The position numbers were made by a program, and so were the translations under genes. A stretch of 64,000 nucleotides of DNA, taken from NCBI GenBank assembly GCA_038146885.1, contig JAYQSM010000012.1, positions 5,447 through 69,446 on the forward strand. Direction: 5' to 3'. Below the pieces are notes generated by a model. The model was not told where the DNA came from. It did no database searches and saw nothing but the letters and a program-made list of their open reading frames with translations. This DNA comes from Rhodospirillaceae bacterium. Lineage in GTDB: Bacteria; Pseudomonadota; Alphaproteobacteria; MPNO01; UBA2964. Every line of letters begins with the position of its first letter. The first letter of the stretch is position 1. Below are positions 33,092 through 41,809 of this stretch, in pieces.

Positions 33092-33730
33092 CTACGAACC
33101 AAGGTTATCCTGTTGAACTAAATCGAAAATTTGGAGGAAAACCTCTGGAGCTTGTGCCCCAGAGATGGCGTATTTTTGATCAATAACAAACCATGGGACA
33201 CTCTTTACGCCAATTCTACGCGAATAGTCTTCATGTCCGACTATTGTCTTTTGAGCGGATTCCGAATTCATAAATTTAGTGAGTTCATCTCGATCGAGTC
33301 CAGCAGATGTTCCAAGGTCTATCAGGGTGGTAATATCACCGATATCACGTCCTTCGCTAAAATATGCTGAAAAGATGAGCCCTAACAGGTCGGTCGTTGG
33401 CTTATTAATTTTCCCGAATTCTATAAGAGTATGAGAATTTACCGTGTTCGGTACTATTGATATTGAGTCAAAGTTGAATTCGATTTGTTCCTCTCGTCCT
33501 ATTCCAGACAGACGTTTTTCTAAGCGGCGGACCCGTTCATCCTCTCCGAACTTCTTCCTCATCAAAATTTTTCTTTGCACTCCCTCCGAGGGTAACTGAG
33601 GGTAGAGTTGATAAGGAAGGTAGATGACGTCGACGTTAGCTAAGGAACGCATCTCGAGCGCACGCTCAAAACGCCGTTTACCAATAAAACACCAAGGACA
33701 AGAAGTGTCCGCAAAAATTTCAACCAACAC
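33092..33730 (-). CDS. DsbA family oxidoreductase (FrnE-like)
   Basis: DTSCPWCFIGKRR, GVKSVP, ISGAQAPE. Confidence 0.92.
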   Translation of the reverse strand: MLVEIFADTSCPWCFIGKRRFERALEMRSLANVDVIYLPYQLYPQLPSEGVQRKILMRKKFGEDERVRRLEKRLSGIGREEQIEFNFDSISIVPNTVNSHTLIEFGKINKPTTDLLGLIFSAYFSEGRDIGDITTLIDLGTSAGLDRDELTKFMNSESAQKTIVGHEDYSRRIGVKSVPWFVIDQKYAISGAQAPEVFLQIFDLVQQDNLGS

Positions 33731-34783
33731 CTAGGCGGCCGAAAATGACAGAAAATAAACACTGAACAAGGAGGCCTTATCAACCCATCTTTTCTCAACC
33801 TTGTAGCCGGAACTATTCGCTAATGTTTCAATCTCATCCAAAGAATACTTATGGGAGTTTTCTGTATGAATCCGCTCGCCAGATTTGAATTTAAATAAAT
33901 TCCCTTTCCAGGAAAGTGCCTGATCCACTTTGCTCTCTAGATACATTTCTATCCGACCTTGTTCTGCATTGTAGATCGCATCATGAGTAAATTTTTCAAC
34001 TTCAAACGGAACCTTTAGCTCTGCTCGAGCTCTGTGCAAAAGGTTTAGGTTAAAAGCAGCAGTTATCCCCTGGGAGTCATTATACGCGGCATTAAGCAAA
34101 CTTTGATCTTTCTTGAGGTCAATACCAATTAACAAACCGCTACCTGATCCCAGGAGATTTCCAGCTCTTTTCAAAAAAAGAGCCGCATCCTGCCTGCTGA
34201 AATTACCAATCGATGAGCCTGGAAAATAGGCTATTTTTCTGGATCCTTCCGCGGGTAAATCCGGTAGATTAAATGTCTTTGAATAATCTGTACAAATGGC
34301 TGAAACCAATAGGCTCTTGTAATTCTTCGCGAGATCAAGACATGACCTAATAAGATGCTCCCGAGAGATATCGATGGCGGTGTATGCCTTAACCTTGTCG
34401 GCAGAGTTTAGAAGAGAACGGATTTTATGACTCGATCCACTACCGAATTCTATAATATGAAGATTGCCACCGCAGAAACTCAGAATTTCTTCTGAGTAAT
34501 CGTTCAACAACTGTAATTCGGTCCGCGTGACGTAATATTCTGGAAGTTTACAAATTAAATCAAAAAGTTCTGACCCTCGCTTATCATAAAAGAATTTACA
34601 GGGGAGCGACTTCGGCGAAGAGGTCAGGCCACGAATGAGTGCATCACCAAAATCTTCGATCTCCGGCGCGAAATCGTAGAAGGCAGCAAGTTTATTCTGT
34701 CCATCGGTAAGATTATCCAAATTTAGGTCTGTCGCGATGATTGCTTTGCTCCCAGGAATGCACAGATGTGTTAGAGAATCCAC
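33731..34783 (-). CDS. egtD: L-histidine N-alpha-methyltransferase
   Basis: KFFYDKRGSELF, LPEYYVTRTE, EFGSGS, FPGSSIGN, YNDSQGITAAFNLNLL, IHTENSHKY. Confidence 0.93.
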   Translation of the reverse strand: MDSLTHLCIPGSKAIIATDLNLDNLTDGQNKLAAFYDFAPEIEDFGDALIRGLTSSPKSLPCKFFYDKRGSELFDLICKLPEYYVTRTELQLLNDYSEEILSFCGGNLHIIEFGSGSSHKIRSLLNSADKVKAYTAIDISREHLIRSCLDLAKNYKSLLVSAICTDYSKTFNLPDLPAEGSRKIAYFPGSSIGNFSRQDAALFLKRAGNLLGSGSGLLIGIDLKKDQSLLNAAYNDSQGITAAFNLNLLHRARAELKVPFEVEKFTHDAIYNAEQGRIEMYLESKVDQALSWKGNLFKFKSGERIHTENSHKYSLDEIETLANSSGYKVEKRWVDKASLFSVYFLSFSAA

Positions 34784-34833
34784 TCACCTTAGCTTAACCC
34801 AAAAACGTGAGTAATCCAAAATGAGCTTAAAGG

Positions 34834-36102
34834 CTAAACCGGGTTAACCTTTTCAATGTGAGAGGGTTTAGGGGTTTTTTGTGTTGTGCTGACAAAGGTA
34901 AATAAAGCAAATGCAACAAACACCCCACTTATCCAAAATACCCACTGGGGTTTCGCGAGATCTAAGAAATAACCAAAAATTAGCGGAGCGATCGCGGCCG
35001 CACCCATCATACCGGTGCTCAAAAAACCCATAACCTTACCCATAGAGCCGTCAGGCGTTACTTGCCTGACCAGTAAGTCACGACTTGGCAACAAAAGCCC
35101 TAGGAAAGTGCCGGCCATAGTCATCACGACAAATAGTGATATTCCCGTCATAGGCATAGTACCTGACACAATGATTAGGACGCCGGCACCCACCAAACTC
35201 ACGGCAGCGAGCCAAATCTTCGGTCCAATTTTATCCGCCAATATCCCACCCACTGTTATCCCAATCGTGCTTCCTATTATGAAGCCTGTTAAGGCACTAT
35301 TAGAATTTGCTAACGACATCCCTTGCATTACTTCCATTGCGGCCACAAAAAAGGTTCGAATGCCAGTAAAGCCTAATGTCAAGAAAACAAAGAACAACAT
35401 ACACATCATGATCGGAAACGATAGCAGCAGCCTAATTCCATCTTTCATAGATCCTGTATCAGAAGAATCACTCAAATTTTTCCTCTTTTTTTCTTTTTTG
35501 ATTTTTAATCGCGCTTCCCGCCCATCATCAAGAGAACTCCACTGGGTAAGCATGAAGAGAGCATAAATCACTCCAACAACACCCACAGCAATAAACGCCC
35601 CACGCCAGCCCCACAAAGCCGCCGCTCCAAGCATGGAGCCCGGACAAATCACCCAGGCAAAATGCCCGCTAAAAAGATGCACACCGAAAGCACGCCCCAT
35701 CCTCGAGTTATCGACTGACGCTGAGAGGATGGCATAGTCCGCGGGATGGAAAACGGAATTTGCCATACCCGCGATCGCATATAGAACTAGGAATTGCCAA
35801 AAGTGATCAGCAAATCCGATCGCTGATATACTACTCCCCATAATCAAAAGACCAAAAATTAATGGACCTCTTGCCCCATATTTATCGATCAGGAATCCGA
35901 ATGGGGTTTGAACAGCGAAGCTAGCAAAACTGTATACAGAGAGGATAGTCGCGAGCATGGTGTAGGTAAAATTCATCTCAGCAACGAGAAGGGGCATAAT
36001 TGGCCCGAACACCATAAAATAATAATGGCTAAACATGTGCCCAACACTTATGACAGACGTTACTCGAATGTCTTGGGAAAGAGAGGCTGTCGAAGTGGCC
36101 AT
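34834..36102 (-). CDS. MFS transporter (Fsr-like); start likely at 36102
   Basis: GHMFSHYY, GFLIDKYGAR, NSVFHPADYA, PSRDLLVRQVTP. Confidence 0.9.
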   Translation of the reverse strand: MATSTASLSQDIRVTSVISVGHMFSHYYFMVFGPIMPLLVAEMNFTYTMLATILSVYSFASFAVQTPFGFLIDKYGARGPLIFGLLIMGSSISAIGFADHFWQFLVLYAIAGMANSVFHPADYAILSASVDNSRMGRAFGVHLFSGHFAWVICPGSMLGAAALWGWRGAFIAVGVVGVIYALFMLTQWSSLDDGREARLKIKKEKKRKNLSDSSDTGSMKDGIRLLLSFPIMMCMLFFVFLTLGFTGIRTFFVAAMEVMQGMSLANSNSALTGFIIGSTIGITVGGILADKIGPKIWLAAVSLVGAGVLIIVSGTMPMTGISLFVVMTMAGTFLGLLLPSRDLLVRQVTPDGSMGKVMGFLSTGMMGAAAIAPLIFGYFLDLAKPQWVFWISGVFVAFALFTFVSTTQKTPKPSHIEKVNPV

Positions 36103-36228
36103 TATTCTATCTTCCTCTAAATACAGCTGAGTGATGTAAACGGTAAGACAGCTCATCGCAAGAGGCCAACGCTTGACGTTCTGAATGGGCATACTGCACA
36201 CTCCAGTAGCGCCTCAGGAGAGTTAGAG

Positions 36229-37530
36229 ATGTTTAACGGTACGCACGCCAGAATTGCTGACTTGGTCCAGCCGGGTAGAGTCCATCGCGACGTTTACACG
36301 GATCCAAATTTATTTGAATTAGAAATGACGCGTATTTTTGAAAAAGCGTGGATTTTTGTTGGCCATGACAGCCAAATACCGGGGGTAGGGGATTTCGTCA
36401 CTAGTGAAATCGCCCGGCAGCCAATTATTCTGATCCGACATACCGATGGCAGTCCGAGAGTCCTTATTAACCGATGTTCTCATCGAGGAGCGAAAGTACT
36501 AAATGAGCGATCGGGAAATGCGAAAACGCTGACCTGCCTCTATCATGGATGGAGCTTCGGATCTGATGGCAAGTGCCTCGGGGTAACCATGCCCGAAGGT
36601 TGTTCTCCTAGCTTTCAAAAAGAAGACTACGGTCTTTCCAACGTTGCACGGACAGCAAACTATCGGGGTTTTATTTTTGCAAGTCTTGCTCCAACAGGCC
36701 CAAGTTTTGAAGAATTTTTAGGCCCGATGAAGGCAAACATTGATGATCTCGTTGATCGAGCTCCCGATGGTGAAATTTTATTAGATGCAGGGGTGCACCG
36801 TTATATCTACCGAGGAAATTGGAAACTCCAAGTCGAAAATGTCCTTGATTCCTACCACGTCCCCTTCTCCCATGCCTCTACTGTAAATAAGAAAGGTCAG
36901 CAGTTCTCGCGGAGGGAAGGTGATAAAGGTGGGGCTCAAGTCGTAGATCAAGAAAAAAAGAAAACTGCTGACTCCTGGAGAGGACGCCGGTCCTACGTTG
37001 TTGATTTCGGACATGGCTGGACCAGCAATACTCAATTAAAAGATAATGAAAGATCAAGTCCTGCATGGGATGCCTACAAAGAGTCTCTGGCCTCTAAAGT
37101 TGGAGTGGATCGGATGGAAGAGATCTTAACCCCGGAATTCCACAATACTCTTCTTTATCCCAACACATCGATCATGGGGCTTAATATTCATGTCCGGGTC
37201 ATTAAGCCACTTGCAGTCGATTTAACGGAGGTTAATGTGTACCCAATTCGCTTAAAGGGTGCTCCTGATGAAATGAATTTTGGTAACATTCGTCTTCTGA
37301 ACGTTACTCATTCTGCCTCCTCCTTTGTTCAGACCGATGATTTGGAGGCATTCCGGCGAACTCAGGAAGGGCTCCGAAGCAGGCAAAATGAATGGATTGA
37401 CATTTCCAGAGGGCTAGGAGAAGAGCAGGCGGATTCTCATTATAACGCAACCTCAGAGTCCGCCATGCATGAGATGGCTGTTAGAGCCCAATATTCGGCC
37501 TGGCTTAATTATCTTAATGCTTCAAACTAA
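36229..37530 (+). CDS. Rieske aromatic ring-hydroxylating oxygenase alpha subunit
   Basis: Rieske motif NRCSHRG...CLYHGW; mononuclear Fe site ENVLDSYHVPFSH and DDLEAF. Confidence 0.95.
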   Translation: MFNGTHARIADLVQPGRVHRDVYTDPNLFELEMTRIFEKAWIFVGHDSQIPGVGDFVTSEIARQPIILIRHTDGSPRVLINRCSHRGAKVLNERSGNAKTLTCLYHGWSFGSDGKCLGVTMPEGCSPSFQKEDYGLSNVARTANYRGFIFASLAPTGPSFEEFLGPMKANIDDLVDRAPDGEILLDAGVHRYIYRGNWKLQVENVLDSYHVPFSHASTVNKKGQQFSRREGDKGGAQVVDQEKKKTADSWRGRRSYVVDFGHGWTSNTQLKDNERSSPAWDAYKESLASKVGVDRMEEILTPEFHNTLLYPNTSIMGLNIHVRVIKPLAVDLTEVNVYPIRLKGAPDEMNFGNIRLLNVTHSASSFVQTDDLEAFRRTQEGLRSRQNEWIDISRGLGEEQADSHYNATSESAMHEMAVRAQYSAWLNYLNASN

Positions 37531-37531
37531 A

Positions 37532-38062
37532 ATGGATCAAAATTTCTTTATTAGCGCGGAAGATTTTGTGCCCAGCGGTTTGGCGGGCATCGACCGAGAA
37601 CCTTTTGAATTGTTTCTAATTCTTGAGGCCCGTTTACTCGACTTGAGAAAATTTTGGGACTGGAAAAATTTATACACAGATGAAGGGGTTTATTGGGTGC
37701 CGGCCTCCCCAAATCAAAAAGACCCCTATAAGGAAGCGTCTCTATTTTTTGATGATGCTCAGCTTATGACAACCAGATTTGAGAGATTGGAGCATCCACG
37801 AATACACATTCAAACGCCTCCATCCCGCACAGTCCACATGGTATCAAATGTCATTGTGGAAACAGCCGACAATGAAGCCGGAGAGTATCTGATAAGCAGT
37901 ACAATGAGCATGACAGAATATCGCCAGGACACTCAAAGAATTTTCTCTGGATATCAATTTCATCGCCTAGTCAAAACGAAAGACTCATTCCAAATTCGTC
38001 TGAAACAGGTCAATTTAGTAAACTGCGATTCTGCATTCGAAGCCATGGCTGTTCCCATTTAA
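37532..38062 (+). CDS. Ring-hydroxylating oxygenase beta subunit
   Basis: EARLLD, YWVP, QTPPSRTVHMVSNV, KQVNLVNCD. Confidence 0.93.
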   Translation: MDQNFFISAEDFVPSGLAGIDREPFELFLILEARLLDLRKFWDWKNLYTDEGVYWVPASPNQKDPYKEASLFFDDAQLMTTRFERLEHPRIHIQTPPSRTVHMVSNVIVETADNEAGEYLISSTMSMTEYRQDTQRIFSGYQFHRLVKTKDSFQIRLKQVNLVNCDSAFEAMAVPI

Positions 38063-38164
38063 TATATAAGGAATGCCGCGCAAGATTCTGTTATATAAGA
38101 ATTTTTCTGAATTTTGTAGGCTTGGTAGATGAATAAGAAATTCTAGATCGAATAATCCGAGTGC

Positions 38165-39244
38165 CTATTTTGTAGACCGGTTGGCGCGTTCAATATGCAA
38201 GCGAGCCATAAATGACATGAAGGGATGTACACCCATTTCTATGAATTTCTGATCTGACAACTCGATCAAAGCGGCTTTTTCTGATGGAGTTAGATTGAGA
38301 TTCTTCACGTAATTTTTTGGATCGGAGGTGTATCGATCTCTTTCAAGCGTTTCATTGGCTAGACGATGTAAGATTTTGGTCAATTCTATGCGCTCTGGCG
38401 CGATACTGGGATAGTGGGGCCGAAATTCCTGGTCTCCTAAATCCGACCACCAAGCCAGGGTGGCATAATTATGATGCCAACTTGGATCAAGGGAGAGTTT
38501 ATCAGGCTTCCTTTCTCCCAACATCCCAGCCCCTACACCCCAGCATCTCAATTCGATATTGCCAGAATCATCAAGCCGCTTCTCATCTAACGCAAGAAGG
38601 TATCGAAGATTTCCATCAGACAATTCTCCGAGAACCTTTTTGTCAAATTCGAGGTCTGGCTCAGCGTAGCGCTCTGTGCCTGGGAAGTGGGACATACCAC
38701 CGCTAACCATAACAACAACTTTAAGCCCCTGTGCCGCGAGCCCTCTTCGAATAGCTTCTCCAAAAGCATAGCATCGCTCGATCCTTGGTTGTGGTGGGAT
38801 ATAAGCATTTACAAAAATTGGCAGGATTGGGATGTCTCCAATATCCAAGAATTCGAGCGGGATCCCTAACGAATATTCTACCTCTGCGGTGCTCGTATAA
38901 GAGACATCAAAACTCTCCTCGTAGAGGTATCGGATTAATGAAGTCGCTTCCTTATTCGCAATTTTATATTCAAAAGTTTTTCCGGCGAATGCGCCTCGGG
39001 CGATATTTCCTCGATGAATGACAAAAGGCGGTACGCAATGCAAAGCAAATTGATTGGCATGGTCGTTAGACACGGTCACTATCAAATCCGGCTTAAGGCC
39101 TCTAAGCCTTTGTCCATTGGATTTGGCCAATCGTTTTATTCGCGTAACAGTCTTCTTGTCTTCAGTTTTTGGGAGTGTAAAGAATTGAGGGGCATGAGCC
39201 ATAAAAACCCCTCCAAGGACTGTCTTATTTACAGTTTTAGGCAC
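38165..39244 (-). CDS. Class III extradiol ring-cleavage dioxygenase, LigB domain fused to a C-terminal LigA-like domain
   Basis: MAHAP, NDH, SGGMSHFPG, GNIELRCW; C-terminal DP..Y...LT..EK.AL...GVHP is LigA-like. Confidence 0.88.
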   Translation of the reverse strand: MPKTVNKTVLGGVFMAHAPQFFTLPKTEDKKTVTRIKRLAKSNGQRLRGLKPDLIVTVSNDHANQFALHCVPPFVIHRGNIARGAFAGKTFEYKIANKEATSLIRYLYEESFDVSYTSTAEVEYSLGIPLEFLDIGDIPILPIFVNAYIPPQPRIERCYAFGEAIRRGLAAQGLKVVVMVSGGMSHFPGTERYAEPDLEFDKKVLGELSDGNLRYLLALDEKRLDDSGNIELRCWGVGAGMLGERKPDKLSLDPSWHHNYATLAWWSDLGDQEFRPHYPSIAPERIELTKILHRLANETLERDRYTSDPKNYVKNLNLTPSEKAALIELSDQKFIEMGVHPFMSFMARLHIERANRSTK

Positions 39245-39256
39245 CTAGCTTCCCCT

Positions 39257-39598
39257 CTAGTGGTCTGACCGATGCAAAATCTTTTCAGAGAGGCCTGTCG
39301 GATATTCTTCGCCATCCCTCGTAAGGGTTAATCCAAAGGGATACATTGACCGAGCCAGCCCCTTCCTTTCTAACGCTTTCCACACCGCAGGGTTTTTGAG
39401 GCCCGTCGCATCTTTCGCGAGAACGACTGCATCACCGCAGTGAAAATGATTGCCATGGGGATTTGGAAGGTTGGTTAACAAAACTTCTTCTTTATCATTA
39501 CGGGAAGAGGTCTCTGGAAATCTCGCTAGTTGCTGAAATATTGTCAGGGCCTTGAGCTGAAGATTATTCAGTTTTAAAGGATTCGTTTTAGCGCTCAT
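39257..39598 (-). CDS. Hypothetical protein with HGNHFH motif
   Basis: 113-aa ORF in the same orientation as and just upstream of the dioxygenase; protein-like composition. Confidence 0.75.
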   Translation of the reverse strand: MSAKTNPLKLNNLQLKALTIFQQLARFPETSSRNDKEEVLLTNLPNPHGNHFHCGDAVVLAKDATGLKNPAVWKALERKGLARSMYPFGLTLTRDGEEYPTGLSEKILHRSDH

Positions 39599-39639
39599 CT
39601 GATACGGTCATAAATATTTTTTATTATTAAGGTTAAAAA

Positions 39640-39990
39640 ATGATGCCGACGTCAACTATTTACCATATGTCCACCAAAGAGGAATGGGAGATCGCTCTGG
39701 CCACTGGAGTCTATCATGGATCGAGTCAGGATCGGGAAGATGGATTTATACATTTTTCGACGAAGGATCAAATAGTTGATAGCGCCGCAAAACATCGAGC
39801 CGGGCAAACCGGTATCATACTTATTGCTGCGGATGCTTCAATGTTCAATGATGGATTAAAGTGGGAAACATCCCGGAATGGAGAGCTATTTCCGCATCTA
39901 TATACCGATCTAGACCTTGATAAGGTTATTGCAATTTATCCACTTCCATTAGGACCTGATGGAAAGCATATTTTTCCGAAGGACTTTTGA
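39640..39990 (+). CDS. DUF952 domain protein
   Basis: IYH...W, DGFIHFST, LKWETSRNGELFPHLY. Confidence 0.92.
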   Translation: MMPTSTIYHMSTKEEWEIALATGVYHGSSQDREDGFIHFSTKDQIVDSAAKHRAGQTGIILIAADASMFNDGLKWETSRNGELFPHLYTDLDLDKVIAIYPLPLGPDGKHIFPKDF

Positions 39991-39996
39991 AGTACC

Positions 39997-40836
39997 ATGG
40001 GGTTGAGAACTCGATTTGCACCAAGCCCCACCGGTTTTCTTCATTTGGGTAGCGCGTTCTCAGCATTGTTCGCTTTTAGATTAGCGCAAAAATCTGGGGG
40101 AGATTTTATTCTCCGTATTGAGGATATCGACGGGAGCCGCTGCCGATCGAGGTTTGAAGAAGCAATTTTTCAAGATCTGATGTGGCTCGGCTTAGAATGG
40201 GAGACACCGGTTAGACGGCAATCTGAGCATTTGACAGACTATACCCTAGCCCTACAGACCCTGAAGGATCGGGATTTGATCTATCCATGCTTCTGCAGTC
40301 GTTCGGACATTGCAGCGGAAATCAGGAGAGCAGGAGTTGCGCCTCATAGGCAAAATTCAGGGATTTACCCGGGAACCTGCAAAAGACTGAGTAGCTCAGA
40401 GAAAAAAGAGAAAATCGATTCAGGTGCTCCAGCTGCCTGGAGGCTGGATATTCATAAAGCTCTGGAGCAAACGGGGCCTCTTTACTGGCATGACCGTCAG
40501 CTGGGAAAGGTTAGGGTGGCTCTCGAACAACATGGAGACGTAGTGGTTGAAAGAAGGGATATACGCACGAGTTATCATCTGTCCGTTACCCTGGATGATC
40601 ACATTCAGGAAATTTCTTTGATAACCCGGGGTGAGGACTTAATTCCTGCCACAAGTATTCATGTTTTGCTTCAATCATTGCTTGGTTTAGAAACACCAGA
40701 ATATTTTCATCATCGCCTAGTTACGAATGATCTGGGAGTAAGGCTAGCAAAAAGGAATGACGGTCAAAATATTCGTTCACTGAAAGAAGCGGGATTTTCC
40801 CCCGACGCGATTTTGAAAATGATTGAATTTGATTAA
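39997..40836 (+). CDS. gluQ: Glutamyl-Q tRNA(Asp) synthetase
   Basis: RFAPSPTGFLHLG, LRIEDID, YPCFCSR, YPGTC, RGEDL, RLAKR; no anticodon-binding domain. Confidence 0.93.
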   Translation: MGLRTRFAPSPTGFLHLGSAFSALFAFRLAQKSGGDFILRIEDIDGSRCRSRFEEAIFQDLMWLGLEWETPVRRQSEHLTDYTLALQTLKDRDLIYPCFCSRSDIAAEIRRAGVAPHRQNSGIYPGTCKRLSSSEKKEKIDSGAPAAWRLDIHKALEQTGPLYWHDRQLGKVRVALEQHGDVVVERRDIRTSYHLSVTLDDHIQEISLITRGEDLIPATSIHVLLQSLLGLETPEYFHHRLVTNDLGVRLAKRNDGQNIRSLKEAGFSPDAILKMIEFD

Positions 40837-40918
40837 AGTCATATTTTAATTAAAAAATATTAGTCATTGTTTTTATTCCATTTTAAAATTTCTCTAAGAG
40901 GCGTATGTTTAGAAAAGT

Positions 40919-41734
40919 TCAGGATAGCGCCCTTGCAATCATTCCGCCGCCCAGGACAACAAGCGCGCTAAGTACCCATCGTCGGAAAACTTCAAGAGAC
41001 ATCTTATTTCGAATAAATCTTCCCGCTATCATACCAATTATAGCTGTGCTAGTTCCAATAAACCCAGGAACAATGATTGCTAATGGAAGTTGCTCTCGTG
41101 CCTTTAGTCCTAATGCAAGAGCCACTGATGAGATAAGAACAGTCATTCCCAATGCCTGTATTAATGCATCTTTTTCCATAGTTGGATCTCTAGCTTTTGT
41201 AGGATCTACAACAAGCTTTCCCTGCCGGGATTGGCCCCGAGCAAAATTTATAGATTGTAAATAAGGTACTACGGGTACAACAAAAATTGCCGTCGCTCCG
41301 GAAATAATACCTGTTGTCAGGCCGATAAATGGATTCCAAAGTTTTTCATCTTTTTCCCTCACGTCAAATCGAATGCCGGTCAACCCAAGGATTGAGAAGG
41401 CAACAAGAACGACACCCAATAAGCCAGAAACAATTGCCGCATTAACTCCACTTATTAAACTAGCGCCGATTACTGACCCGAAAATTAGGCAAATCTTCAA
41501 TGTCCAGAAGCGAAGAAGGATCAATTTGAGGGCCGTCCCATAGAAGGTCTGCCAAATATTTGTGAGTATCACTGGTATAATCAAGATCCCAGCTGCTTGC
41601 TCAACCGGCAACCATATTGCCATTAAACCAATACTTACGGTGGGGAGCCCGAGTCCGATACCCCCTTTAACAACTCCGGCAATCAGGTAAATCAGAGCTA
41701 TCGCTAAAAGTTCCCATGGTCCGTACTCGAGCAT
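40919..41734 (-). CDS. Sulfite exporter TauE/SafE family protein
   Basis: AGVVKGGIGLGLPTVS, TNIWQ; multi-TM. Confidence 0.88.
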   Translation of the reverse strand: MLEYGPWELLAIALIYLIAGVVKGGIGLGLPTVSIGLMAIWLPVEQAAGILIIPVILTNIWQTFYGTALKLILLRFWTLKICLIFGSVIGASLISGVNAAIVSGLLGVVLVAFSILGLTGIRFDVREKDEKLWNPFIGLTTGIISGATAIFVVPVVPYLQSINFARGQSRQGKLVVDPTKARDPTMEKDALIQALGMTVLISSVALALGLKAREQLPLAIIVPGFIGTSTAIIGMIAGRFIRNKMSLEVFRRWVLSALVVLGGGMIARALS

Positions 41735-41809
41735 GGTTCAAAATCGATGACTGTTCTGACGGCCAAGGCACAGTAACTGCCACATCACTGTGTTCCAATG
41801 AGCACAATT

